Shown piece after piece: positions 41,238-50,413 of a stretch of 64,000 nt of DNA. Within the stretch, counting starts at the first letter, position 1, and the number at the start of each line of letters is the position of its first letter. The notes below the pieces were generated by a model. The model was not told the DNA's origin, searched no databases, and was given only the letters and a program-made list of their open reading frames with translations. A program made the position numbers and the translations under genes. Source of the stretch: Leptolyngbyaceae cyanobacterium (lineage in GTDB: Bacteria; Cyanobacteriota; Cyanobacteriia; Phormidesmidales; Phormidesmidaceae); the NCBI GenBank assembly GCA_050330865.1, contig JBHJHM010000076.1, positions 1,649 through 65,648 of the forward strand, given 5' to 3'.

Positions 41238-42536
41238 CTATGCGGACAGCGCACATCGAAAACCTGCGAAAATTTCTCGGATCCAGGGCTGATACCAGTT
41301 CCGGAATGTTGAGCGCAACACCCAAGGACGGGTTGCCCAGCTCCCGCCTCGCAACACCCGATGCGCCCCATCAAAATAAGTTTGCGAGTATCCCGGATAG
41401 GGATAAGGTACAAAGTCGGGGTAGCCCTCAAACCAGGTATTAGTCCACTCCCAAACATTTCCTAATAAATCATCACAACCCGTGGCACTGCGCCCTGCTG
41501 GGTAAGAACCGACGGGAGCCACCCCGCCTCGATCACCACCAAAGTTAGCCCGGTCGGTCGTCAGTGCAGCATTTCCCCAGGGATAAAGCTGCATACAATC
41601 CTGCTCTGGTTGCCAGTGAGCAGCGCGCTCCCATTCGGCCTCGGTTGGGAGACGCTTGCCCACAAAGCAACTGTAGGCATCGGCTTCATACCAACTCACC
41701 CCACACACAGGCATATCTTCCCAGGTTGAGAGAGTAGTGTGCCAGTAAAGGGGCTGCGTGATGCTGTGTTTCTGGACCCAGGCCCATCCTTCAGGGTGCC
41801 ACCATTGGCTATTCTGGTAGCCCCCAGCAGCCATAAAAGCGGCATAGTCTGCCACCGTTACCAGCGTGCAGTCCAGCCAATAGTCTCGGACCATCACCCG
41901 ATGACTAGGACGCTCGTTATCTAACGCATCTAAGGTACTGCTACCCATGGCAAACTCACCCCCTGGGATGAGAACCATATTGCGCTTGGAGGCTGAAGTT
42001 GCCCCTGTTTGAAGCGCACTGTTGAATACTGTTTTTTGCCATTGCGACGTTTTCTGCGATCGCCGATGCAGTGCCAAAACATAGGTTGCGGTCTCAGCAT
42101 GCTGACTTTCATGCTGCACCAACCAGCGCCAAAGTCGTAGCTGATCATATAGGGGAGCCTTTTCTAAATAGGCGAAGGTGCGATCGCGGATATCCTGCAT
42201 GAATGCCAAAATTTCGGGCAAATCCGGCAAATTCTCGCGCTCAGCTTTTGGCAATCCATCCGCTGCAAAGAGTTTCTGATAATTCGGATAAGGGCAGGGG
42301 TCTTCCTTCAGATGCTCTAACAGCCAGAGTGATTCGGTAAATCCAATGTGCCCTAAGTGCCAACCGATAGGGCTAAAGTTGGGATGCGATTGATGTCGAA
42401 GTTCTGCTTCAGTTAGGTCTCTCAGAAGTTCTAGAGTACTTTGGCGACATGCGGCCATATCGTCTCTAAGAATTTGGCGTAACTCAGCCAGGGTAGGATT
42501 GCCGGAGGTGGCTGAGCGAATGAAACTGAACGTCAC
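41238..42536 (-). CDS. egtB: Hercynine sulfoxide synthase EgtB (DinB_2 + FGE-sulfatase domains)
   Basis: 432 aa. The N-terminal DinB-like part has HxxxH iron ligands (IGWHLGHIG, HESQHAE). The C-terminal part is an FGE-type domain (GNVWEWT, RVLRGGSW). The annotated start overlaps egtC by 53 nt, and an alternative ATG lies at 42458. Confidence 0.85.
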   Translation of the reverse strand: MTFSFIRSATSGNPTLAELRQILRDDMAACRQSTLELLRDLTEAELRHQSHPNFSPIGWHLGHIGFTESLWLLEHLKEDPCPYPNYQKLFAADGLPKAERENLPDLPEILAFMQDIRDRTFAYLEKAPLYDQLRLWRWLVQHESQHAETATYVLALHRRSQKTSQWQKTVFNSALQTGATSASKRNMVLIPGGEFAMGSSTLDALDNERPSHRVMVRDYWLDCTLVTVADYAAFMAAGGYQNSQWWHPEGWAWVQKHSITQPLYWHTTLSTWEDMPVCGVSWYEADAYSCFVGKRLPTEAEWERAAHWQPEQDCMQLYPWGNAALTTDRANFGGDRGGVAPVGSYPAGRSATGCDDLLGNVWEWTNTWFEGYPDFVPYPYPGYSQTYFDGAHRVLRGGSWATRPWVLRSTFRNWYQPWIREIFAGFRCALSA

Positions 42537-43299
42537 AGTTGGCGTTTACCGTAAACAACGAGGATTCGGGACAAATCATCCAGTTACCGCCAAATAAAGG
42601 CTCAGAGGCGACTAAAACGGCATCTGGAAAGCGGGGATCACACTTTAGCCAGTATAGAGAAGGAGCGCGGTTATGGGACGCTAGGCGAGACCCCACTAAA
42701 TTTTCACCGTCACTGATTAATACATTTGCGGCTACCGGAGTGTCGTGTTCATAGGCCAGTGCCATGAGCATTTCGAGAGCCTCGGCTAAGGCGGCCTCTA
42801 AAGAAGATGAGGGATTCGCATCTAACTTACTGAGCACCCATCCCCAAATGTGTTCAGAGTCGGTACTGCCTCTCAGGGTGGTGTAGGCGCGATCGCTCAT
42901 CGCCTGGCGCATCGGTCGGTACAGCTTGTCATGAAATTGCTTGATGTAGCCATTGTGGGTAAAGAGCCAATTCTCTGCCTGAAAAGGCTGGCAATTGCTG
43001 ATATCCACGCCTTGCCCCGGCGTTGCACTCCGTACATAGGCCACTGCACAGCCCGTCGTCACATAACGGCAAAGCGCAGCTAAGTTCGCATCATTCCAAA
43101 TAGGCAGAGTATTTCGGTATGTGAAAGGCTCTGTTTTTTCAGTTGCGTGATACCAACCTAAGCCAAATCCATCCGCATTTAGCACGGCAACTTCTAGTTC
43201 TTTAGGTGCATAGCTCTGTACAACTAAGGAGTGGGGTGGGTCCAGAACCAGGGAATCGAGCTGAATAGCAGGTCCTAAATACCCTAATAGACGACACAT
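42484..43299 (-). CDS. egtC: Class-II (Ntn) glutamine amidotransferase EgtC
   Basis: 271 aa starting MCRLLGYLG (catalytic Cys2). It is first in the egtC-egtB-egtD run. Confidence 0.75.
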   Translation of the reverse strand: MCRLLGYLGPAIQLDSLVLDPPHSLVVQSYAPKELEVAVLNADGFGLGWYHATEKTEPFTYRNTLPIWNDANLAALCRYVTTGCAVAYVRSATPGQGVDISNCQPFQAENWLFTHNGYIKQFHDKLYRPMRQAMSDRAYTTLRGSTDSEHIWGWVLSKLDANPSSSLEAALAEALEMLMALAYEHDTPVAANVLISDGENLVGSRLASHNRAPSLYWLKCDPRFPDAVLVASEPLFGGNWMICPESSLFTVNANCDVQFHSLSHLRQSYPG

Positions 43300-43475
43300 A
43301 GAATTTGGTTGTTGGTTATTGGTTTGTGGGTGATGGTGATAATTTTAGTTCTGAGTTTTAAGTTCTGAGTTCAATTCAAAAATCAAAACTGAGAACTCAG
43401 AACTCCCCCCTCTTCCCTTACCCATCCCCCCATCTACCCTTCCACCCAAACCTGTGCTAATCTTGTAGTCCACTT

Positions 43476-43546
43476 GCGGGTGTAGTTTAGTGGTAAAACC
43501 TTAGCCTTCCAAGCTAATGATGGGGGTTCGATTCCCCCCACCCGCT
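43476..43546 (+). tRNA. tRNA-Gly (anticodon UCC)
   Basis: I folded the cloverleaf by hand. The acceptor stem is gcgggtg/cacccgc, the D arm contains agtggt, and the anticodon stem is ttagc/gctaa with loop cttccaa. The T arm is ggggg-ttcgatt-ccccc. No CCA is encoded. Confidence 0.9.
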
Positions 43547-43960
43547 TATGTAGTCAAAAGTCGCCAGTCTCTTGAGCAACGAATTTTCAAGGAATGCTGT
43601 CTTGATACGCGATAACTCAACCCTCAAAAGCCTTTTATAGTAAAGGATTTCAGTATTTATGCGTGATCAAACACGCTTGCGCGTTTCGTGAAATAAGTTT
43701 GCGCGCTTTATGCGTGATTATGGAAGGGTGTAGTAGCTCCTCGACTTTTGCCGTGGAGCGTCAGCTCGATTTCAACTAGCTGCTCAAGAATGGTACGGGC
43801 TTGGGCTTCCGGCCCTTCCCAAGCAAGTACATTACTGAAAACTAAGTCTCCAGGCGGCTCTAACTACATGCATCGTCGTTGAAGTTTCAGAATTTTATCA
43901 ATACGAACCACATCCTAATTATTGATACTCTGTATCATCGGTCGTGAGCTTGAAAGAGTT

Positions 43961-44694
43961 CTATGTTGAAGCGATCGCTTTTCCAATGTGTTTAAGAATC
44001 TGCAAAACTGTCTGCACTTCCTCTGCCAAGGTGTAGAGCGAAAAGGCTCGGGAGAGGCTGTATTGTTTTACGGGTTGGGGGGTCAATTTCACAAACAGCA
44101 CATCATCGCCGTTGGTCATCATACCAAAGGTGGGTTGCTCGGCTTGGGTGTTGGTCAGCATATAGGCCAGGGCTTGGGGTAAAGCTGATCGCGTCGAAAT
44201 TGTCGTTTTCTTTGCTTCCAGCACCAACATCCAAAAGTTTTGCTGCAGAATCAGGGCATCAATTCGCCCCCGGAGCACCTCTTCTCCATCGTCAACCGTT
44301 ACCTCTACTGCCGCTTCCGCTTTCAACTTAGGGGATTTCCGGGAAAGAATTTACCAACTGTAGGGTGTCATTAGCGGAGCGCAATGCACCGCAGCCCGGT
44401 ATTTTTATTCCTGGAAATCCCCTTAAACGGCGCATCATAAAACCCAGCCAGTTCCAACAAGGGTGATGCTACTAGCAACATCACCGCCCCCTCTGGCAAA
44501 TCCCCATCTGCCCGATGGTAGAGCAACCGTCGCTGCAACAAACTTAGGCGATCTAATTCTGTCGCATCTAGGGCGGGCAACGCCTCGCGCCACTCGGTAA
44601 AGAAGTCTGCCTGCTCACTACGGTTCACCCCAAAACGGGTCTCAACCTCAGTGAGCGTTTTGAACGCATCTGTGATTGCAATTACTTTTGCCAT
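43961..44694 (-). pseudogene. PD-(D/E)xK (HsdR-N-like) restriction-endonuclease-fold gene interrupted by a 92-bp insert
   Basis: The N-terminal part (MAKVIAITDAFK...LELAGFYDAPFK) and the C-terminal part (LKAEAAVEV...RIDALIL...LVLEAKK) join in frame when 44331-44422 and one TTA are removed. Confidence 0.75.
44331..44422. mobile_element. MITE-like 92-bp insertion with 15-bp terminal inverted repeats and TTA flanks
   Basis: ggggatttccgggaa at the left end pairs with ttcctggaaatcccc at the right end (14 of 15 complementary). TTA lies on both sides. It introduces a stop into the host ORF. Confidence 0.75.
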
Positions 44695-44784
44695 GATGTT
44701 TCCAACCAAGCGAAATGACCCACTAGGTTCTAGAGCACTTATCCTAAGAGCTACCCAGGCAAAACAAATCAAGGGAGTCGAGCC

Positions 44785-45174
44785 ATGGCAATACAGCGAG
44801 TTTCGTCGGGGAGTATGTGGGAAGCCAAGGTCGGGTACTGTCGGGCGGTGAAAGTAGGATCGCAGATTTTTGTGTCCGGCACCGCGCCGTCCGATGGACA
44901 GGGTGGAACCTATGCTCCCGGCGATGCCTATGCCCAAACCAAGCGCTGTTTTGACATCATCCAGGCAGCCCTGAAAGAGCTCGGCGCTGACCTCTCTAAC
45001 ATTGTGCGGACGCGCCTTTACATTACTGACTTTGCCTATTGGGAAGACTTTGCCCGCGCGCATCAAGAGCTGTTTGGCGACCATCCTCCCGCTAGCTGCA
45101 TGGTGGCGATCGCGGCCTTGGTCAATCCCGATATGTTGGTAGAGATAGAGGCAGATGCGATCGTGGCGGCATAG
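44785..45174 (+). CDS. RidA/YjgF/L-PSP family protein
   Basis: 129 aa with Rid-family sequence features (FVSGT, RLYITD, IEADAIV). Confidence 0.8.
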   Translation: MAIQRVSSGSMWEAKVGYCRAVKVGSQIFVSGTAPSDGQGGTYAPGDAYAQTKRCFDIIQAALKELGADLSNIVRTRLYITDFAYWEDFARAHQELFGDHPPASCMVAIAALVNPDMLVEIEADAIVAA

Positions 45175-45198
45175 AGCCGCGATTAATCGCGGCTCTAT
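45171..45198. terminator. Perfect 28-bp palindrome between convergent genes (bidirectional terminator candidate)
   Basis: atagagccgcgatt/aatcgcggctctat overlaps the Rid-family gene stop codon. Confidence 0.5.
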
Positions 45199-45209
45199 GC
45201 CGTCGCGCT

Positions 45210-46208
45210 TTAATCCATCACCAAAACCACCTTCCCCATACCCTCGCCCTTCTCAATCCACTGATGGGCGGTAGCCGCTTGGTCGAGCGTGAAGGTTTTA
45301 TCGACGTGGATGTGGAGCTGTCCGGTTTCCAGCCAGCGGGCACAGCTTTCTAAGATTTTGGTTTGGTGGCGGCGGGCCTCCTGAAGCTTCTGAAGTTGGG
45401 GCGTGAGCATCAGTTCAAAGCTGACGCGGAGGTTGCGATCGCGCGCCGTTTTCCAGTCTGTTCCTTCAGCAGGCGCTAGCAGCGACACGACATCCCCCCC
45501 AAACTTGGCGGCTTTGAAGCTCTGCGATAACAGGGGTCCGCCTACGGTATCGAAGGCAATATCAACTCCTTTGCCATCCGTCCAAGCCATCACTGCCTCG
45601 ACAAAGTCAATGCGGGGATAGTAGATGCAGTGATCGGCTCCGTAGTGGGTGACAAAATGGGCCTTTGCTTCCGAACTAACGGTAGTAGCGATGTGGGCTT
45701 CTCGTAGGTGAGCCAGTTGCACAGCCACGTGGCCAACGCCACCCGCCCCGCCATGAATCAAAATGCGCTGATTGGCGGTAAGGCGAGCGCGATCGTACAG
45801 AGCTTCCCAAGCTGTCAGTAAAACGAGAGGCGCTGCTGCCGCCTCAGCAAAAGAAATACGGGCAGGTTTGAGCACGGCATCGGGTTCATCCACAATCGCG
45901 TACTCGGCATAGTTGCCGCGATCGCCGCCGAGTCCGCCACTGCAGAAAAAGACCTCATCCCCTGGGCTAAACTGACGAACCGCAGAACCCACTGTCTCCA
46001 CAATACCGGCTCCATCACACCCAAGTACCGTTAAAGCAGCCTCTGGATAGAACGAGCCGCGACGGCGAATCTTGGTATCAATAGGATTGACACCGGCAGC
46101 CTTGAGGCGGACGCGCATTTCTGTATCGCGCTGCAAAGCGGGAACTGGCAGCTCAGTCACCTTCAGAACATCGGGTGTACCGGGTTGATGAAAGATAGCA
46201 GCTTTCAT
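45210..46208 (-). CDS. Zinc-type alcohol dehydrogenase-like / NADPH:quinone oxidoreductase (MDR family)
   Basis: Starts MKAAIFHQPGTPDVLKV, with a GGAGGVGH Rossmann motif. I placed the start at the ATG 46206-46208 and rejected the 21-aa upstream extension. Confidence 0.8.
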   Translation of the reverse strand: MKAAIFHQPGTPDVLKVTELPVPALQRDTEMRVRLKAAGVNPIDTKIRRRGSFYPEAALTVLGCDGAGIVETVGSAVRQFSPGDEVFFCSGGLGGDRGNYAEYAIVDEPDAVLKPARISFAEAAAAPLVLLTAWEALYDRARLTANQRILIHGGAGGVGHVAVQLAHLREAHIATTVSSEAKAHFVTHYGADHCIYYPRIDFVEAVMAWTDGKGVDIAFDTVGGPLLSQSFKAAKFGGDVVSLLAPAEGTDWKTARDRNLRVSFELMLTPQLQKLQEARRHQTKILESCARWLETGQLHIHVDKTFTLDQAATAHQWIEKGEGMGKVVLVMD

Positions 46209-46459
46209 AGTGGTTGTGGAAGTCTCTAAAACTAGAGTGCTTAAGGACATAAACCACATCCGATTTGGCAACAGAAGTTTTTCCTTGGGGCAAAAAAACG
46301 GGGATCTGGATGTGGTCAGGGTACATTCTAAAGAACCCTTGGTAAGTAGATGGTTCTTCGAAGCAGGATCGCTATGATCAGGAATAAGGGGATAGAAGCC
46401 TGTAAGGAGATAGAGCGCGATCGCTACCTAAATTTTGTCGGTACTGGGAGGTAACCACA

Positions 46460-47287
46460 ATGAGCAAACGGTATTTATTACTTTGCATAAGCACATTCTG
46501 TTTGCTGAGTGCCTGTGGCTCAGGGACTCCTACAGCAGAGGATCTATCCTCTGAACCGGCACCGGACACTGCGGCTGAGTCAGAGCCTAACAGCACATCA
46601 GACACCAGCGCATCAGATTCGACGGACGAAAGTGTTCCGCAGGCTGCAGAGCCTGCTGTTGAGGCGGGACCTTCTACCGCCGAAACGCGAACTGAAACAT
46701 CCCAAGCAAATGCGCCAAGCGCAGCGGGACAGCTCCTGGAAGATACCCTAATTGTTCCGGGTGAGCGGGTGGGACCTGTGACGCAGGAAACAACCCGAGC
46801 CGACTTAGCTGAATTGTATGGCGAAGCAGCGCTGGAAGATACTGAGATCCCAGTGGGAGAAGGGTTTACAGAGTCGGGCACCATCGTTAATGGTGACTCC
46901 GATGAAACGTTTTCGGTGATCTGGACCGACGAAACTCAGACAGAACCCTCGACCCTTGTAGATTTTGGTCCTGCTTGGCAAACGGTAGAAGGCGTACAGT
47001 TGGGAACCTCTTTCGATGAGTTAAAGGATACGCTTGGTAGCTTCAGCCTCTACGGATTTGGCTGGGATTACGAAGGGACAGTGGTTTTAGAAGAGTCCGA
47101 TCTGGAAGAATATTATGGTCTGCTGCTGCTGCGGGTGCGACCTGAAACAGACGCTATCAAACAATTCCCGGATGCTTACCAGGCCGTTAGCGGCGACAAG
47201 CTGTTATCGTCGGACGATCCCAATTTGCCACCGTTGAATCTGTCGGTTTATGAAATGATTGTGTATGTGACGCCCTTAATTCAGTAG
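46460..47287 (+). CDS. Hypothetical lipoprotein with acidic low-complexity N-terminal region
   Basis: 275 aa with lipobox LLSAC at residues 15-19. Confidence 0.6.
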   Translation: MSKRYLLLCISTFCLLSACGSGTPTAEDLSSEPAPDTAAESEPNSTSDTSASDSTDESVPQAAEPAVEAGPSTAETRTETSQANAPSAAGQLLEDTLIVPGERVGPVTQETTRADLAELYGEAALEDTEIPVGEGFTESGTIVNGDSDETFSVIWTDETQTEPSTLVDFGPAWQTVEGVQLGTSFDELKDTLGSFSLYGFGWDYEGTVVLEESDLEEYYGLLLLRVRPETDAIKQFPDAYQAVSGDKLLSSDDPNLPPLNLSVYEMIVYVTPLIQ

Positions 47288-47317
47288 ACGCGATGCATCG
47301 CGCCTCGTTCACGAACG

Positions 47318-48343
47318 ATGTCTAAACCTCCTAAAATCGCTGCTGGTTTACCCCCTGGTTTGGTTGTACGGCTGGGTAAAACGGTTTGGCATACCCTCTG
47401 GCAAATTATGATGGCGCGTCTGGCTCCTACTGACAGCACGGGTGCTTATACACGTCCTCCCAGCGAATTTCGTCAAGCGATCGAGATGGAAGGTCCCCAT
47501 CCGCCCGAACCGGATCGATACCGACTGATTGTGGGCATGGGGTGCCCATGGGCGCATCGCACGCTGGTCGTCAGAGCATTGAAAGGTTTAGAGACGGCGA
47601 TTCCGGTTTGGGAGGTGACGCCGTCGCCCAATGAAGGACGCTGGCTGTTCACAGATGAGAATTTGGAGTGGCGATCGCTGCCGGAACTCTACCAAACAGC
47701 CCAATCGAGCTACTCGGGGCGTAGTACCGTTCCCGTTCTATGGGATACACGCAGCCGCACCATCGTAAACAACGAAAGTGCTGACCTAATTAAAATTCTG
47801 AATTCAGCCTTCAATGCCGAGGCAGCTTATCCCGACCTGGATTTGTATCCGGAAGATCTGCGATCGACGATTGAGAACTGGAACGAGCGTATCTACCACG
47901 CTGTCAACAATGGTGTTTATCGCTGTGGCTTTGCGCGTACGCAGGCCGCGTATGAAGAAGCTTGTTCCCTACTGTTCGTAACCCTGGATGCGATTGATCA
48001 GCAGTTGGCAACCCAGCGCTATCTCTGCGGTGATCGGCTGACTTTGGCGGATGTCCGCCTATTTACAACCCTATTTCGCTTCGACGTGGTTTATCACGGG
48101 TTGTTTAAGTGCGATCGCCGCTGTCTTCGCGATTATGAGCATCTATGGCCTTACGCCCGTGACCTCTATCAGCAGTCCGGTGTCGCTGCCACTTGCGATT
48201 TAGACACCATTCGCCGCGAGTACTTTGGCAATCTGTTTCCCCTCAACCCTGGCGGCATTGTTCCACTCGGGCCTGATCCTGCGGTTTGGCGTACTCCTCA
48301 TCATCGGGAGCAGATTGCTGGACAAGCAGTGTCATCGGTGTAG
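47318..48343 (+). CDS. Xi-class glutathione S-transferase / glutathionyl-hydroquinone reductase (YqjG/ECM4-like)
   Basis: 341 aa with the catalytic CPWAHRT motif and STVPVLWD. Confidence 0.8.
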   Translation: MSKPPKIAAGLPPGLVVRLGKTVWHTLWQIMMARLAPTDSTGAYTRPPSEFRQAIEMEGPHPPEPDRYRLIVGMGCPWAHRTLVVRALKGLETAIPVWEVTPSPNEGRWLFTDENLEWRSLPELYQTAQSSYSGRSTVPVLWDTRSRTIVNNESADLIKILNSAFNAEAAYPDLDLYPEDLRSTIENWNERIYHAVNNGVYRCGFARTQAAYEEACSLLFVTLDAIDQQLATQRYLCGDRLTLADVRLFTTLFRFDVVYHGLFKCDRRCLRDYEHLWPYARDLYQQSGVAATCDLDTIRREYFGNLFPLNPGGIVPLGPDPAVWRTPHHREQIAGQAVSSV

Positions 48344-48353
48344 GCACGATTCA

Positions 48354-48815
48354 TTAGCTGTCAAGACGCCTGAGCCGCATATCGATATGTTCAATTCCCT
48401 CATCGTCATAGGGCTGACTAACCGTTGTAAATCCGAAACTTTGATAGAACTTCTCAAGATAAGTCTGGGCTGAGATACAAACGTCCATATGGGGATATTC
48501 AGCACCGCATTTGGCAAGACACTGCTCGACAATTTGACGTCCGATCCCCATTCCCCGAGCTGTCTTAACCGTGAGTACACGCCCGAAGGAAGGTTCTGGG
48601 TAGCGGGTTCCCGGAACCGTAATCCGAGCGTAAGCCACTAGTTCATCTTTTTCAGTGCAACCGAGCAGATGCCAAGATTTTGGGTCCAACTCATCGGCAT
48701 CTTGATAAATACACTGTTGCTCGATGACGAAAACGGTCTGCCGTGCCGCCAGGATTTCGTGCATTTGGGGTCCGGAAATTGCGTCAAATGGCTTCCAGCT
48801 CCAGTTGATTTCCAT
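48354..48815 (-). CDS. GNAT acetyltransferase (ElaA-like)
   Basis: 153 aa with ARGMGIGRQIV and FYQSFGF. Confidence 0.7.
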   Translation of the reverse strand: MEINWSWKPFDAISGPQMHEILAARQTVFVIEQQCIYQDADELDPKSWHLLGCTEKDELVAYARITVPGTRYPEPSFGRVLTVKTARGMGIGRQIVEQCLAKCGAEYPHMDVCISAQTYLEKFYQSFGFTTVSQPYDDEGIEHIDMRLRRLDS

Positions 48816-48828
48816 AGCCGTCAGAAAA

Positions 48829-50196
48829 TTACGTTCGCCCCAATTTCACCATAAAAAACCCGTCCATATTCTGACGATGCGGCCAAACCTTGATCCATCC
48901 TTGAGGCGTGACATAAGCGGCAGCGATTTCGCCAGGCTTAGGGGGGATGATCTGCCAATCTGGATGGGTTGCCAAAAAATATTGGACTTGGGATTCATTT
49001 TCGGCAGGGTGAAGCGTGCAGGTAGCGTACACTAAAATGCCGTTGGGCTTTACCCAGGTGGCGGCCTGAGCGAGGAGCTTGGCCTGCAGAGTGGTGAGCT
49101 CAGCAACTGTTTGAGGCGTCTGTCGCCAGCGAGCATCGGCATGTCGGTGGAGCGTGCCCAAGCCTGAACAAGGAGCATCCACCAGCACCCGATCGCCCTG
49201 TCCCTTAAACCGATTGATGGTTGTACTATCACCCGTAAACGGTTTAATGCTCGTTAGCTCAAGGCGCTTGAGATTTTGCTTGACCTTATTGAGGCGCGAG
49301 GTCGTGTGATCGCAGGCCCAGATCTTGCCCTGATCGCCCATGAGTTCAGCTAAATGAGTCGCCTTGCCACCGGGCGCAGCGCAAGCATCAATGATCGTTT
49401 CGCCCGGCTGAGGATCGACCAGATGGCCCACCAGCTGAGCACTCGCATCCTGCACGGTCCACCAGCCTTCAGCATATCCAGGGAGTTCACGAATTGAGCC
49501 CGCATGCTTGGCCAAGCGTAATAGCTGGGGAAACCCCGTCAGCTGATGCGTTTCAATCCCGCTCGCGGCAAATGCTTGGGCTAAATCTGCTAAAGACGTT
49601 TTGCAAAGGTTGAGGCGCAAATCAATGCTGGGAGGATGATTGAACCATTCGCACAGAGCTTCAGTTTCATCACCAAGCTGCGCTTGCCACAGCTCTACGA
49701 TCCAATCAGGATAGCTATGATAGATGCCGAGCGCTGGCGTGCGATCGCTGGGTAGCGCCAACGGATCAGGCTGCGCTTCACGGAGGCGCACGTACTGTCG
49801 CAGCAGTCCGTTAACAACCCCCGCGAGTCTACCTTTGCCAACCGCCTTGACCAAATCAACACTGGTGTTGACTGCGGCTGATTCCGGCACATGCGTTAAG
49901 TACCGGAGCTGGTACAGGCCCAAATGCAAAACCGTTCGTAAATCAGCAGGTTGCTGCTGCGCTTTCCGTTTGCCTAGCTGGTCGATTAAAGCATCCAGCG
50001 TTCGCTGACGTCTCACAGCACCATAGACCAGTTCTGTTGCGAACTGACGATCCAGTTTGCCTAGCGGGCGCTGATGCAGCAGCCGATGGAGAACAACATC
50101 GGCATAGCCGCCACGACTAATTTCCTTAAGAGCATCGAACGCCAGTCTTCGGGCTGGTGGGGGCGATGTTGGGGCAGCAGGGGGCGGTTCGGACAC
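48829..50196 (-). CDS. rsmB: 16S rRNA (cytosine967-C5)-methyltransferase
   Basis: 455 aa. An N-terminal NusB-like part precedes a SAM methyltransferase domain (DACAAPGGKT, DAPCSGLGT, YATCT). Confidence 0.88.
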   Translation of the reverse strand: MSEPPPAAPTSPPPARRLAFDALKEISRGGYADVVLHRLLHQRPLGKLDRQFATELVYGAVRRQRTLDALIDQLGKRKAQQQPADLRTVLHLGLYQLRYLTHVPESAAVNTSVDLVKAVGKGRLAGVVNGLLRQYVRLREAQPDPLALPSDRTPALGIYHSYPDWIVELWQAQLGDETEALCEWFNHPPSIDLRLNLCKTSLADLAQAFAASGIETHQLTGFPQLLRLAKHAGSIRELPGYAEGWWTVQDASAQLVGHLVDPQPGETIIDACAAPGGKATHLAELMGDQGKIWACDHTTSRLNKVKQNLKRLELTSIKPFTGDSTTINRFKGQGDRVLVDAPCSGLGTLHRHADARWRQTPQTVAELTTLQAKLLAQAATWVKPNGILVYATCTLHPAENESQVQYFLATHPDWQIIPPKPGEIAAAYVTPQGWIKVWPHRQNMDGFFMVKLGRT

Positions 50197-50212
50197 AATT
50201 CAAGCGTAGCAA

Positions 50213-50380
50213 TCACTTCTTGCGACGAGGGGCAGCAATTTCCTGATCGCGTTTACGGCGACGGCGATCGCGCCAATCAACTGCAGTCAGGTAGACAACC
50301 CCTCCAGTCACAATTACCAGAAGTAAGACTGCTACTACAGCCAAGGCTGTAAATGTCTGTGATGCAAAAGCCGCTTCCAT
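50213..50380 (-). CDS. Candidate 55-aa single-pass membrane protein (below the ORF-track cutoff)
   Basis: My hand translation is MEAAFASQTFTALAVVAVLLLVIVTGGVVYLTAVDWRDRRRRKRDQEIAAPRRKK. It has one TM helix and a basic tail. It lies between petN and rsmB on the same strand. No obvious SD. Confidence 0.35.
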   Translation of the reverse strand: MEAAFASQTFTALAVVAVLLLVIVTGGVVYLTAVDWRDRRRRKRDQEIAAPRRKK

Positions 50381-50413
50381 ATCAACTGTAAAAACGGGGA
50401 ACAGTACCCAACC

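Noticed and set aside
44695-45084. 130-aa N-terminal extension of the minus-strand ORF 44371-45084
   Set aside because: It is antisense to the well-supported Rid-family gene and has no protein-like features. The true start of the nuclease-like gene is the ATG at 44692-44694 (MAKVIAIT).
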